From: a virus
Taxonomy: Duplodnaviria; Caudoviricetes
Length of the DNA: 64,000 nucleotides
IMG/VR virus record: IMGVR_UViG_2667528183_000003
Location: 20,270-84,269 of that record
Strand: one strand, 5' to 3'
Made by a program: the position numbers and the translations under genes. Positions within the stretch are counted from its first letter, which is position 1, and every line of letters starts with the position of its first letter. The notes beneath the pieces are model-generated. The model was not told the DNA's origin. It saw only the letters and a list, made by a program, of their open reading frames with translations, and ran no database searches. This document shows, one piece after another, positions 29,332 to 39,772 of this stretch.

Positions 29332-29757
29332 TTAAACCTTGATACGTCGGCGCGCGGTGAAGGACATGGACTGGCGAATGGTCTTGTCGCCTTCCTTCTT
29401 GCCGGCGTCTTCCAGCTTCAGAATGACGTGCGTGTAGCGCCAGGTAGTGGTGCCCCCGCCGACTTCCTGAATGGTTTCGGTGATGGTCGCCGGGCTCTGG
29501 TTGACGCCGTTGTAGTAGTCGCTTTCGAACTGCGCCCACCAATCGTCCAGCGTCGAGTCAACTCGCTCGGCCTCGAAAGTACCGGTCCAGCCCTTGGGGA
29601 TCATCAGCTCATCGGTCTGACCGTTGAGCGGCGTGATTTCCTGGTTGGTGACCTTCGGCTTTGAGTCGAAGGACATGATCTTGCTCAGCCTGATCGGGCC
29701 ATAGGGTCCGTTGATATCGATCGCGATATCCTTCCCCGTGTTGTATCCACCTTGCAT
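29332..29757 (-). CDS. Tail tube protein
   Basis: Follows the sheath gene; GWTGTFEAER. Confidence 0.75.
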   Translation of the reverse strand: MQGGYNTGKDIAIDINGPYGPIRLSKIMSFDSKPKVTNQEITPLNGQTDELMIPKGWTGTFEAERVDSTLDDWWAQFESDYYNGVNQSPATITETIQEVGGGTTTWRYTHVILKLEDAGKKEGDKTIRQSMSFTARRRIKV

Positions 29758-29815
29758 GGCGATCTCCAAAATGAAAAACCCGGCTCTAGGCCGGGCTGGA
29801 TGTGTGGCTTAGCGC

Positions 29816-31372
29816 TTAGGCGGCGCGGGGGGTTGCGGAAGCAACGACGGTGACGGACTGCCCGGCTTCCAGGTTTACGAGGAAGTAGCGGATCACAGAC
29901 AGGTACTTGACCTGCACGTCGGCCTGCATGTAGCCCAGGGCTACGCGGGAGTCGGGGTTGTTGCTGGCGTCGATCTGCACGGAGAACGCAGGGCCACCGT
30001 TGACGTCGCCAATCATTCCTTGCTGCACCAGGACCTGCAGGAAGCTTTCCATGGTCGACTTGGTAGTCCGACGCACATCTGGGGTCTGCAGTTGGCCAAT
30101 AACGCCGCCGAAGGAGGCCGCGATGGTCAGAGAGATGAAGTTCGTCATCCGTGTGTAGTTGTCGCCGTTCACCGCGGAGTTGCTGGAGCAGTTCAGGCCG
30201 GAACGGTGGCCGTAGTAGCTGCCGCCCGGGCAAGGATTGGTGATCACGTCCAGGCGCGCGGTGTTGATGGCGCCGATCTCGGCGATGCTGTACGGCTGCT
30301 GCGATAGGTTGCGCTGAGTCGAGATCGCGTTGGTGATCGGCTTGTTAAGCGGGCTCTGGTTTGGCGAAAGTGCGGCGATTTTGGCGGCCGAAAAAGTCGC
30401 CGGCGCTATCATGCGTTTCTGACCATTGACTTGATCCTGCCAGTACACCCAGTCGCCAACCATCACCTTAAGCGCGTAGCTGTCACAGCCGGCGGTGGTC
30501 AGGCTGGTGGAAACGGTGGCGTAGGACGCGCCGGCCGGCCCCTGGGTGACCATGTAGCAGCCTTCAGACAGGCCGTAGGTCAGCATGGTTGGCCACTGAG
30601 TCGAATCGGTCAGATCGATCAGGTTGGCGACCTGGGCACCGCTACCACGCAGGGCGTACATGCCTTTGCGAGTGGAACCGGTGACGCCGTCGACACCGAT
30701 CAGTACAGCGTCAGTCAGCGTGGCATTGCCCGAGGTACCCGAGGTAAAGGTGACGGTCTGGGTTGTGGCGGGCGCGGTACTTGAGGCGCCGACAGTCGCA
30801 ATCACAAGCTGAGAAGGCCCGCGAATGCCCGACTGTCCGTTGTTCACCGCGCTGACGATGTTTTGCCACAACCCCAAGCCGGTGCCCGTGATGTTGTCGA
30901 AGACTTCCGGAGCTACGCCAGGCAGGGAAACAACCAACTTCCAGCTTGAAGCCGCGGCGCCGGCCGATAGAGTGGCGCTCAGTGAATTGCCCAAGGTGCC
31001 GGTGTAAAACGCCGTCAAAGTGGCGCCGGTGGCTGTGGCGGTGTCCTTCAGGGTGCTTGTGGCGGCGGTATCAGTACCGTCGGTAACGCGCACGGCGCGG
31101 ATGTTTGAGGCTCCGCCTTGAATGGAGATGGCAATCGCGGTGCAAAGATCGTACTTGCGCACGGTCTGAATGCCGAAGTTCTGCGATGCATCGCCAGGGG
31201 AGCCGATCAAGGTTGGGCTGTTCACCGGCCCCCAATCGGCGATGCCGACGAGGCCCAGGATATCGGTGGCCACACCGTTGATGTAGCGGGTCTTTGGCGG
31301 AACGATCTGGATGTAGAGATCTGGGGCCTGAAGTGCCGCCGTGTTCAAGCTGCCTGCCGGGTAAATGGGCAT
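29816..31372 (-). CDS. Contractile tail sheath protein
   Basis: PDLYIQIV, G.A.WGPVN.P, DV.VKYL..IRYFLVNL motifs; 518 aa. Confidence 0.88.
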   Translation of the reverse strand: MPIYPAGSLNTAALQAPDLYIQIVPPKTRYINGVATDILGLVGIADWGPVNSPTLIGSPGDASQNFGIQTVRKYDLCTAIAISIQGGASNIRAVRVTDGTDTAATSTLKDTATATGATLTAFYTGTLGNSLSATLSAGAAASSWKLVVSLPGVAPEVFDNITGTGLGLWQNIVSAVNNGQSGIRGPSQLVIATVGASSTAPATTQTVTFTSGTSGNATLTDAVLIGVDGVTGSTRKGMYALRGSGAQVANLIDLTDSTQWPTMLTYGLSEGCYMVTQGPAGASYATVSTSLTTAGCDSYALKVMVGDWVYWQDQVNGQKRMIAPATFSAAKIAALSPNQSPLNKPITNAISTQRNLSQQPYSIAEIGAINTARLDVITNPCPGGSYYGHRSGLNCSSNSAVNGDNYTRMTNFISLTIAASFGGVIGQLQTPDVRRTTKSTMESFLQVLVQQGMIGDVNGGPAFSVQIDASNNPDSRVALGYMQADVQVKYLSVIRYFLVNLEAGQSVTVVASATPRAA

Positions 31373-31433
31373 GGCGTCCTCCTAATGAAAAAGCCGCCTC
31401 AGTGGGCGGCTTCTTGTGTGTGGGTTTCGCTTG

Positions 31434-31617
31434 TTAGGCGTTGGCGACTTTCAGGACATTCCCGGCGCTCTCGCCGGCCAGGACCGCGGCAACCTCGTCC
31501 GGGTCGGTGAGGACTTGGCCAACCTGATAATCGGCGAATGCGAATTTCACGGTGAGGGTGTATGGCGCTTTTGCCTTCGAGGCCGGCGCTTTGGTGTCTG
31601 CAGTATCGGAGTCCATG
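31434..31617 (-). CDS. Small hypothetical protein preceding the sheath
   Basis: Short ORF within the operon. Confidence 0.5.
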
Positions 31618-31624
31618 TCGGGCC

Positions 31625-32446
31625 TCAAGGGTTCACAGTTGTTTCAGGAAGCCCGCTTAGGGCGTTGGTGATGTTCAGTACCGGCGCAATCGCTTCCGCC
31701 TGTTGCTGGGTCTGGGTCGTCGCGTAATCCACGGTGTAGATCAGGTCGCGGCGGTACAGCCCAGACTTCTCCTGCGCATCCGTTTGGATAGAGTGCGAAT
31801 AGCGGATGATCCCGTGCGAACCATCCGGCAACGCTATGTCGGTCGCATCAGAGAGGCGCGAATCGATCGGCGATGAGGCCGCGTCCCGGGAACTTGGCGT
31901 TGGTGCCCAGACGGTGATCTGGAACTGCTTCTCCTGGCGTTTCGTTTCCTTGATCGCGGTGCCGAAACCGCCGACGCGCGCAATGACGCTGTGGGAGCCT
32001 GAGATCGTGATGACTGCCCCGGCGCTGGATGAGCCAGGGATCAGAGCGGAAAGCCCTGTCGCAGCGCTTGTAAGCGTGTCTGATGGCTGCATGGCATAGA
32101 CATAGCTGGCCCCGTTCACGTTGATCAGCAGGTTTTGCCGGCTGATCGTGCCTGAGAGCGTGACCGTTGCCCCTGAAACCGTCATTGTGACGGAGTGCGT
32201 CGGAGCAACAAGAAGCGTCCAATCCCGCCCGATGAAACGAGTGGTTTTTCGCTCAGTAGCAAGTGGATAGAGGCTGATGTGAGCCCTTCCAGCCGTCAAA
32301 TCACTCTCAAGAACGTTCGGAACGGGCCAGCCCGGGTAAATCTTGACCTGAATCCCGCACACGCTCGGCTGACTGGTCCCGTTTGGGTACACAATCGCCG
32401 CGACCTGTGCGGTCAACTGGTTGAGAACATCGGAAAGGTCGGCCAT
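31625..32446 (-). CDS. Probable tail terminator/completion protein
   Basis: IYPGWP motif; synteny. Confidence 0.6.
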   Translation of the reverse strand: MADLSDVLNQLTAQVAAIVYPNGTSQPSVCGIQVKIYPGWPVPNVLESDLTAGRAHISLYPLATERKTTRFIGRDWTLLVAPTHSVTMTVSGATVTLSGTISRQNLLINVNGASYVYAMQPSDTLTSAATGLSALIPGSSSAGAVITISGSHSVIARVGGFGTAIKETKRQEKQFQITVWAPTPSSRDAASSPIDSRLSDATDIALPDGSHGIIRYSHSIQTDAQEKSGLYRRDLIYTVDYATTQTQQQAEAIAPVLNITNALSGLPETTVNP

Positions 32447-32447
32447 A

Positions 32448-33086
32448 TCACACCTGCGCCTGCATGGCAGTGAGGCGCCAGCCCATGTCGGTCAGCTCAG
32501 CGCTTGAAATCACGTATTTCCGACCGAGATCATCTCGGATGAAGTCGCTAGTCCTGAACTCAACCCCAGGCCATGCTGGCATAAGGATCAACCACCACGG
32601 GGTTCTGACATCCAGCGGCAGTTTTGCGTCGTTTGACTCACCCTTGGTGCCCTGCAAGATGCTGGCAGGCCATCCTTGCATCAGGACCTCCTCGTTTTCT
32701 GGAGTCGCCCCGCCGTAGCCAACTGCGCCATAGCCAGAATCCATTCCGGTGCGTGAAACCGAAACAGTACGATTGGCCTGAACACAGTAAATCGGCAGCG
32801 TGTCCTGCATCGCTGCGATGAAGAACGTGCCCTGGCGCCCGACGAGGAAGTCGCCGACTTCGAAAGTGCGAGCATCAAACAGTCCAAGCCACGTTGCTTG
32901 GCCGTACTTGTTTGGCGCCGAGTAGCTGAAGTTCGTGGTGAACGACGCCGGCAGCGTCTGCAAGGCGGTTGACGACAGCGGGTTATTGGCGCTCGTAGCG
33001 CGGAATTGCTGGTAGTCGAAACCGATTCGCTTGGCTGCCTTGCCATAGCCGATGTAGATCTTGTCGCGCAGCTTAAAGCCGTCCAT
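32448..33086 (-). CDS. Probable head closure protein
   Basis: Start MDGFKL; synteny after the adaptor. Confidence 0.55.
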   Translation of the reverse strand: MDGFKLRDKIYIGYGKAAKRIGFDYQQFRATSANNPLSSTALQTLPASFTTNFSYSAPNKYGQATWLGLFDARTFEVGDFLVGRQGTFFIAAMQDTLPIYCVQANRTVSVSRTGMDSGYGAVGYGGATPENEEVLMQGWPASILQGTKGESNDAKLPLDVRTPWWLILMPAWPGVEFRTSDFIRDDLGRKYVISSAELTDMGWRLTAMQAQV

Positions 33087-33087
33087 A

Positions 33088-33480
33088 TCACCCCCTGGCC
33101 AAGCTGATCCCGCCACTTCCCAGGGATGGCCCGGGAGGAACTCCAAGGAAACCGCACAGCTCGCGGCGCCAGAGCCGATACAGCCTCATCCGGTCCGTCA
33201 CCTCGTCCTTGTTGTGCACCCATACAGCCGCTTGTGCGGTGTCCAGGTTCTCGGTTGAAGAAAGCACGTCAGTTTCGAGGCCAGCGATCTTGGTCAGGAA
33301 GTTGGTCATAGTGACCTCTTCCTCCGGCCGCAGGCTGTTCAAGCGATGGTTCAGCGTCTGCCAGATCAGCGGCGCCACCCAGCCCCAGGCCGTATCACGC
33401 CGATCATCGAGCGTCACGTCGCCCTGCATCGGATACCCGGCGTAACGCCGAGCGTCCGATTTTTGCTGGTCAGTAAGCAT
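33088..33480 (-). CDS. Probable head-tail adaptor
   Basis: LTD.QK.D.RRY.GYP; WRRELCGFLG.PPGP. Confidence 0.6.
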   Translation of the reverse strand: MLTDQQKSDARRYAGYPMQGDVTLDDRRDTAWGWVAPLIWQTLNHRLNSLRPEEEVTMTNFLTKIAGLETDVLSSTENLDTAQAAVWVHNKDEVTDRMRLYRLWRRELCGFLGVPPGPSLGSGGISLARG

Positions 33481-33498
33481 GGGTGGCACCTTCTTGGG

Positions 33499-33750
33499 TT
33501 ATTCGCTGGCCGGCTTGTTCTGGTCGAACAGGGATTGCAGATCGGCCTTGGAGGCACCTGCCTTGTAAGGAACGCCAAGCTCATCAAGCTTGGCCCGCAG
33601 GAAAGCTGCGGTTCCTTCCTTCGGCCCACCCTGGTCGGATCCATCGTCGTAGCGGGTATGGAAGTTTTCGTCGAAGCTGTCGGCATCGATCAGGACGAAA
33701 TCGCCCTGCCCTTCGCCCCACGGATCGACTTTGATCACTTTATCGCTCAT
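33499..33750 (-). CDS. Small head-associated protein with HeH/LEM-like C-terminus
   Basis: LRAKLDELGV.Y.AGASKADL. Confidence 0.6.
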   Translation of the reverse strand: MSDKVIKVDPWGEGQGDFVLIDADSFDENFHTRYDDGSDQGGPKEGTAAFLRAKLDELGVPYKAGASKADLQSLFDQNKPASE

Positions 33751-33801
33751 GCATTTCTCCAGGATTTGATGCGCCCGTGACCTAAGACACGGGCGCAGTC
33801 A

Positions 33802-34956
33802 TTACGCCAGCAGCAGCGCGGTGTGTTCTGGTTTGACCATCGCAACACCCCAGGCCAGCGCGATTTCGTACTGGATCTGGCGGTATTGCTTGTACAGCGA
33901 GATCTCGAACGACAGGCCGCTGATAGGGTCGGTGATGATCATCCGGTCGGAAGCGCTGTCGCCGCCTTCTGGCAGGGCCGGAGCGCGGGTGGCAACAGCC
34001 AGTGCCGAGCGAGCGAACGCCATGTTGCGGGTGGTCGCGGCAATCACGGTGATAGCGGTAGCGGAAGTACCGATCGCCTTGCGCAGGCCAGGAGCAGCCA
34101 GCACGATGGTGCCGCCGTTCGAGACGTCAGTGTCACCGGTCAGTACGACGTACTTGTTGGTATCGCCGGCGAAAGTGATCACGTCACCCGCCAGTACGGT
34201 GCCGGTACCGGCCGAAGCCAGGCCGATGCTGGTAGCGCCGACTGCGTAGCCTGCGGTGTTGGTAGTCGCACTCGCGCCGGTGCCGGCCACAACGGTTTTG
34301 ACCTGCGCCGACTCGCGGATGGCAAAGCCGTGAACGTCCAGCAGCACACCGCGGCGCAGCATGCTGGTATCAGCCGCTTCGTTCGCTTTGGTCAGTTGAC
34401 CCAGAGTGCGCATGCTGGCGCCGGCGGTGGTGTCCAGCACCATCTGCAGGTCGCTCGTCGGCGCGCCGTTGTCCGACAGGATTTTGCGCATCTGCGCGGC
34501 TTCTGCCAGGTTGGTGGCGAACGGGACGGTGCCAGGGGTGCCGTAGGCGCGGGACGACTTCAGGCACAGGTTGGCGATGTCGGATTCGACTTCGTTCACC
34601 AGCGCACGCATACCCTGGGCGAGCTGGTCGCGCAGGATCACGTTGTACGAGGCGCCGTTGTTGTCCAAACCGCGTTTCTCTTCACCGTTCCAACGCACCG
34701 GCACGCGGCGAGCCTTGGAAATGGTCATCGACACGGAGCCAATGGTTTGGTCGCCGTCGTTTGGCGGAGTCACTGCGGGGGTGATGTCGGTCGCGCTTGC
34801 GGCCGGCGCCACAGGCGAGGTGACGGTTTGACCTACGGCGGCGCGGTCATAGGTCATGTCGGCAGAAACGGCAGGGATGAAGCCCACCAGTTCGCGGGAG
34901 ACGACGTCCAGCGCGTTGTAGATCGTGGTTGTGAGGCCGGTGAGAGTGTTGCTCAT
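33802..34956 (-). CDS. Major capsid protein (P22 coat-like)
   Basis: 384 aa, high-expression codon bias, follows the scaffold; WGV..VKPEH C-terminus. Confidence 0.85.
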   Translation of the reverse strand: MSNTLTGLTTTIYNALDVVSRELVGFIPAVSADMTYDRAAVGQTVTSPVAPAASATDITPAVTPPNDGDQTIGSVSMTISKARRVPVRWNGEEKRGLDNNGASYNVILRDQLAQGMRALVNEVESDIANLCLKSSRAYGTPGTVPFATNLAEAAQMRKILSDNGAPTSDLQMVLDTTAGASMRTLGQLTKANEAADTSMLRRGVLLDVHGFAIRESAQVKTVVAGTGASATTNTAGYAVGATSIGLASAGTGTVLAGDVITFAGDTNKYVVLTGDTDVSNGGTIVLAAPGLRKAIGTSATAITVIAATTRNMAFARSALAVATRAPALPEGGDSASDRMIITDPISGLSFEISLYKQYRQIQYEIALAWGVAMVKPEHTALLLA

Positions 34957-34971
34957 GGATTACTCCTGGGA

Positions 34972-35730
34972 TCAGTCGGTAACTTCACCGCCCGCAGAGA
35001 CGTGCGCATGCTTGCCCTGGGGGTCAAGTGCGTCGAATTGGGAGCGGGAGATAGATTTCTTGCCATTACCGCCATTCCCACCGTTGTTTTGAGCACCGGA
35101 GCCGGAAGCCCCAGAGCCTTTCAAGATGTGATCGCGGTGCGGGTATTGCTCAACAAGCGTTTCGATTGCTTCGTCGAAGTCAGCGACTTCGCCGGGGCGG
35201 GCACGGCTGTAGATCTTTTGGCCGTGTTGGTCGTAGGCGACGGTTTTTCCGTCCTCGACTTTGAAGGCGGCGCCGAATTTGGATTGAACAAGGTCTGCAG
35301 GGATTGCCAGCTTCTCGCCGATGTACTTGGAACGACTGAATGCACCGCCGATCTTTTCTTCGTAGAGCTGCTTTTCGAAGGCTTGGGCCTTGGCGGACAA
35401 CTCATCAACCTGACCCTGGTAGGCCTTGCTGATTTCGTTGCGCACCACGTCGATCTCGCCGGCATCCACCAGCTTCTTCTGATCGAGCTTCGACACGATA
35501 TCCAGGGCTTTCTTGGCGGCAGCGCCATCCGCGATCCCCTCGAATGCCTTCAGGGCCGTCTCAGCGGCCTCCTTGCCTTCTCGGTGGGTCTTGGCCTCAG
35601 CGTTTAGCCGGGCGATCGTGTTGACGGTGCCAGGAGCGTCAAATGCGACCTCCTTGCCATCGTCGTGCACGTAAACCGGTTTGCCGTCTTGCAGTACAAC
35701 GTGGCCTTGGTCGTCCAGTTTCAGTTTCAT
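34972..35730 (-). CDS. Capsid scaffolding protein
   Basis: LN.EAK.HR coiled coil; ADFDEAIE.LV; GSGA low-complexity tail. Confidence 0.75.
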   Translation of the reverse strand: MKLKLDDQGHVVLQDGKPVYVHDDGKEVAFDAPGTVNTIARLNAEAKTHREGKEAAETALKAFEGIADGAAAKKALDIVSKLDQKKLVDAGEIDVVRNEISKAYQGQVDELSAKAQAFEKQLYEEKIGGAFSRSKYIGEKLAIPADLVQSKFGAAFKVEDGKTVAYDQHGQKIYSRARPGEVADFDEAIETLVEQYPHRDHILKGSGASGSGAQNNGGNGGNGKKSISRSQFDALDPQGKHAHVSAGGEVTD

Positions 35731-35850
35731 TGATGCATCTCCGGGCATCCGCCCATTTGTTGAGCCATCCGGCCCGGCGCGGCGCTATCCATCCGGAATT
35801 GCGCCCATAAAAAAGCCCCGGCAGATGCCAGGGCTGAATTTGGTGTTTGT

Positions 35851-37245
35851 TTACTGCTGCGCGGTGTTCGGCGGTGCGACTTTTGCCGGCTGCGCGGCCA
35901 CTTTGGCCTTCTCTTCATCCCAGTCCAACTCATCGCTGAGCAAGCCGCGGCGCTGCACTTCCTCGAAAAGGCTTTGGTCAGACAAAATCCGCGCCTTGTT
36001 GAGGCTCAGCAGGAACGGCATTGTCAGTTCAGGGGCGAAATCAATGTCGAAGTTGCCCTTGACCTTGACGTGGCCACCTTCCGGCAACCCCATCCACAAG
36101 GCGAAGAACTGCAGGACTTGATCAAGTGCGTCCTCAAGCTGGCCGGCCATGGTTTGGAGCGGGCTCATCTCTTGGGCCGCCTCTTCCTCGGACTGGGAAG
36201 CGGTCTTGATAGTCTGCCGCTCGCGCTGGAGTAGCTTGGCTCCGGCCAGGCGCATGTCCTCAACGAGGTCCTGCAACGACTGCCGTCCGGCTTCAATCGC
36301 TTTGCCAGTGTGTTCTACCCACTTCATTTCGCAGTCTTTGGGCAGCAGGGTCGCAGCGCCCGCGCCCACGGTGATCAGCGATCCATCATCAATCCCCGAA
36401 ACTGCAAGCATCGGCACCCGGGCGACATGCAGGATGTTGTCCTGGTCGCTCTGTGACTGCCAGTGCTTGACGTTCATGTTCGCCAGCTCAAGCAGTGGCG
36501 GCGTAGCGGTGAGAAAGCCTGTGCGCTTGGTGTAGAAGGTCGCCAGCGGTATCACTGGAAGGCTGGTAGCGCCCTCTTCGTACAGCATCCAGACCTTTTT
36601 GCCCTTTCCGTCTTCAACCTCGCGGTAAGTTGCCCATGCGCCAGGCACCAGGACCCGAATCTGGTCGATGTTCTTGCACCCGAAGGCGCCATCATCAACC
36701 TCGACCGACTCCATGTAGCGAAATTGGGTCAAGAAGATCTGGCCGCCACGCGGTTCTGACCTCCAACCAAGGACTTGGCCTGGCTTGATGATCACACCAT
36801 AAGGGCGGACGCCGGCCGATTTTTCATCAGCCTTGGTCTTGAGCCCCTCCGCCGGCGGATAGTCGACCAAGACATGGCACAGACCGTGCGAAAGCCCAGT
36901 GCTGAATAGTGACTGAGCCCATACCTGCAGATTGTTGCCCTGCCTGTCGAAGTCCTCAGCCATCTCCTCGATCTGTTTGGAGATGTCATCGCAAAAGGCA
37001 ATCGGGTCCGAGAACACTCGGCCGGTCATGTTCTGCACCGTCTCGCTGTACGCGGGCAGCAGCGTTGAGGTGTTCAGCCTCGCCTGGTAAGCGTCAGCCT
37101 CCTCCTTCGGCCATTGTGGCAAGAACTTCTTGCCGGCCTCGCGCATCGCCCGGGTTCCGCCCATCAGAACGTCAACGATGGCCCAGTCTTTACGCATGGC
37201 ATCCACTGCGGGCAGCGTTTTGCTCGGGTCATCACTCATATTCAC
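35851..37245 (-). CDS. Portal protein (DUF4055-like)
   Basis: GGT.AMR.AG..FLP..P.E...Y..RL; PPLL.LA..N..H.QS.SD. Confidence 0.85.
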   Translation of the reverse strand: MNMSDDPSKTLPAVDAMRKDWAIVDVLMGGTRAMREAGKKFLPQWPKEEADAYQARLNTSTLLPAYSETVQNMTGRVFSDPIAFCDDISKQIEEMAEDFDRQGNNLQVWAQSLFSTGLSHGLCHVLVDYPPAEGLKTKADEKSAGVRPYGVIIKPGQVLGWRSEPRGGQIFLTQFRYMESVEVDDGAFGCKNIDQIRVLVPGAWATYREVEDGKGKKVWMLYEEGATSLPVIPLATFYTKRTGFLTATPPLLELANMNVKHWQSQSDQDNILHVARVPMLAVSGIDDGSLITVGAGAATLLPKDCEMKWVEHTGKAIEAGRQSLQDLVEDMRLAGAKLLQRERQTIKTASQSEEEAAQEMSPLQTMAGQLEDALDQVLQFFALWMGLPEGGHVKVKGNFDIDFAPELTMPFLLSLNKARILSDQSLFEEVQRRGLLSDELDWDEEKAKVAAQPAKVAPPNTAQQ

Positions 37246-38726
37246 ATTCTCAGAGGTTCTTGGGTCGCGGTGCGAACGCGCTTAGTCTTGGCCACAGCGA
37301 AGTATCGGAAGCTGTCTGAGCCGTGCGATGTCTTGTCGTGAAGCGGTTTGTCTTTCCAGCAGCCGCGGTTGTCGTCCCACTCCTTGCGGTAGTTTTCGAG
37401 GTGGCCGATGCCTTCTTCGCACTTAGACTCGTCGAATACGCAGAGAGGGAGGATCTCCCGCACCGCCTCGATGCCGGTATCTATGGCCGCCTTTGGAACG
37501 ACCTGGAACTTGATGGAGTAGCGCTCGCCATCGATCACATATCCCTCTTTGGCAATGTCCTTGCGGCTCTTGGCGTCGCTGCCGAACTCACGGTTCTCGA
37601 TGTCGTGCGGGCCCCAGTGCTCTGAGTAGGTGTAACCCTTGTCCTTCAGCACATTCATGTAGTGCCGCAGGCCCTCGCCGGAGTTCTCGTAGTAGTCGAT
37701 GACGTGGTACTGCTCACCAACCTTGCGCACAAACCAAATGGCCGTGGAGTCGCCGACACCGATGTCCCAGAAGGTCATCACCGGCAAGTGGCTGTTGTCT
37801 GGTATCGAACCGATGCGCTGAGCGGTATACAGCTTGGTGAACTGCTGGGCGTAGTAGGCTCCTTCGATCGACTGCTGGAATGCTTCAGCCGGTATCGACG
37901 GGTACTCCCGCTTCATGTCGTCGCCGAGGGTCTTCTCTTTGGCGCTGTACCAGGCGCGCTGGCCTGGATTCGTGACGATCCCGTGCTTGGCGCCCAGGTC
38001 GTCGAAATACTTGGTCAGCCGGTCCGGGATGACGACGTCGGTCGGATCAAGCCAATAGAGCGGGTTCCGCCACCAGCTGAAGAAGAAGAACTTCCAGTCC
38101 AGCAGGCCCAGAGGGACGCCGGCCAGTTGCTGCTTCTCGGCAGACTGGCTGTAGTCGAAGAAGTACCCAGCCCGGCCCTCAGCCGTCGATTCGATGGTGA
38201 CAAAGCACTCAGCAGCCACGGCCTCGAAAGCGCCTGTGACGATCTCACGCGCCTTGTGTGGGAACTTGGCGCAGATCTTCCCGAACTCGGACACATGCAG
38301 GTAGCGCAGCGTGCCGCCCCGGAAGGAGGTCGAGACGTACAGCGACCCGCCCTTGCTAAAAACCAGCTCGCCCGCGGCATCGTTGCGCGCAGGGTTGGCG
38401 GCTCGGATCTCTTTCGGCAGGTTGTCGTAGGCGTACTTCACCTTTTCCCGGAACAGGCGCTTGGCGTCGTTCAGGGTGTGGGCGATCAGGGCGCACTTGG
38501 CCGCTTCGAACAGGGCAGCATCCAGTTGGACGATGCAGACAAGCGTGGTGAAGCCCAACTGCCGGGCCTTGAGGATGATGTTGCGGGTGTGCATCCCCTG
38601 GAAGTAGTCGACCTGCTCCTGCGTCATGCGGAAGCGGACCTTCTTGCCCTGCTTGTCCGTGATGAAGTAGAGGTTGTTTAGCCGCCAGAACCGGTCCCGG
38701 AGCAATTTCAGGTGCTCGGGCTTCAT
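37242..38726 (-). CDS. Terminase large subunit
   Basis: LKARQLGFTT Walker A, LHVSEFG, ESTAEG, WDIGVGD nuclease, H.SD.FRY. Confidence 0.93.
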   Translation of the reverse strand: MKPEHLKLLRDRFWRLNNLYFITDKQGKKVRFRMTQEQVDYFQGMHTRNIILKARQLGFTTLVCIVQLDAALFEAAKCALIAHTLNDAKRLFREKVKYAYDNLPKEIRAANPARNDAAGELVFSKGGSLYVSTSFRGGTLRYLHVSEFGKICAKFPHKAREIVTGAFEAVAAECFVTIESTAEGRAGYFFDYSQSAEKQQLAGVPLGLLDWKFFFFSWWRNPLYWLDPTDVVIPDRLTKYFDDLGAKHGIVTNPGQRAWYSAKEKTLGDDMKREYPSIPAEAFQQSIEGAYYAQQFTKLYTAQRIGSIPDNSHLPVMTFWDIGVGDSTAIWFVRKVGEQYHVIDYYENSGEGLRHYMNVLKDKGYTYSEHWGPHDIENREFGSDAKSRKDIAKEGYVIDGERYSIKFQVVPKAAIDTGIEAVREILPLCVFDESKCEEGIGHLENYRKEWDDNRGCWKDKPLHDKTSHGSDSFRYFAVAKTKRVRTATQEPLRM

Positions 38727-38728
38727 GA

Positions 38729-39328
38729 TCAGGCGTCCTTCGATAATTCGTCTATCAGGCTCGACAGTTCGTCGGCATCGGCGGACTTCTCCTTCTCGTC
38801 CAGGCCGAATGCAGTGCGCTCGAGCACCTGCAGGTTCTTCATGGCCGACGACAGTTGAAAAAGGGTCTTGGCGTTGCTTGGCAGGGCCACTGCGGCGAGC
38901 ATAGAACTTCGACGGAAGCCGCTTTCGTCGCCGGCGGTCTCGCGTTCAATCTCGTCTTCGATCTCTTCCCGGCGCTGAATGGTATTCAGCAGATCATCCA
39001 TCAGCAGGTTCGCAAGGTTCGTGGCCTTGCGAATGTCTCGGCGATGACTGCGAACAACCGTCGCGCCCTCTTCCGCCGCCTCTTCGATGATCTCAGCGTC
39101 ACGCTCCGGGTTCGCGCATTGGTCTTCGCGAACTTCGCCGCGAACCAACTTATTGCGAACCTCTTTGCGCACCTGCTCGGAAAGGTCTCGCTCCCATCCG
39201 GCAGCTTTAGCCTTCTTGCGAATTGCGGTGTCGCTTATGCCATTGCGTTCGGCAATGGTCCTGATCGAAAGCGCGCCGGCCCGGTAGGCTCGTTCGATCG
39301 CCTCCCAGTCGGGCTGCTTGATATTCAT
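38729..39328 (-). CDS. Terminase small subunit
   Basis: PDWEAIERAYRAG..S.R.IA HTH; precedes TerL. Confidence 0.82.
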   Translation of the reverse strand: MNIKQPDWEAIERAYRAGALSIRTIAERNGISDTAIRKKAKAAGWERDLSEQVRKEVRNKLVRGEVREDQCANPERDAEIIEEAAEEGATVVRSHRRDIRKATNLANLLMDDLLNTIQRREEIEDEIERETAGDESGFRRSSMLAAVALPSNAKTLFQLSSAMKNLQVLERTAFGLDEKEKSADADELSSLIDELSKDA

Positions 39329-39337
39329 GTCGAATCC

Positions 39338-39772
39338 TTAGTGGTCGCGGGCGATCTGAACTGTTCGAACCTTACCGCCGGTGTAGATGTCACGCTTCAT
39401 CGCGGCGCGCACTGCGTCTTCTGCACTTGCCCCCATATCCATGGCAGCCAGGGCGTAGGCCGAACCGCTGCCAATGGCATCAGGGTTGGTCGGGTCGAGT
39501 TCCTGCTTCCAGACACCCGTCTTGTCGTCATGGCCAACCATCAGCAGCTTGCCGTCGTGGACTGCATAGCCCGAGCACTCGACAGGAACTGGTGAAGGAG
39601 TGCCGAAGTAGGCCGCAATCAGGGCTTTCTCGTCGCACACGGCACCCGACAGGAAGAAGCTGACCCCATCCACTATCTGGCACTTCAGGCAGTCATCAGA
39701 AACGATTGCACCGCCACGGGTTTGGCGAGAGTCATAGGCGATCACGCCGTCTTTGTAGGCAATGGTCGTCAT
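39338..39772 (-). CDS. Ntn-hydrolase (proteasome beta/HslV-like) peptidase
   Basis: N-terminal MTTIA, DSR, AIGSG, D.YTGG motifs. Confidence 0.75.
   Translation of the reverse strand: MTTIAYKDGVIAYDSRQTRGGAIVSDDCLKCQIVDGVSFFLSGAVCDEKALIAAYFGTPSPVPVECSGYAVHDGKLLMVGHDDKTGVWKQELDPTNPDAIGSGSAYALAAMDMGASAEDAVRAAMKRDIYTGGKVRTVQIARDH

Noticed and set aside
33823-35607. 594-aa plus-strand ORF and other long antisense ORFs (10137-11171, 37662-38681, 57482-58516)
   Set aside because: They are shadows of GC-rich, codon-biased genes on the opposite strand, with no recognisable motifs
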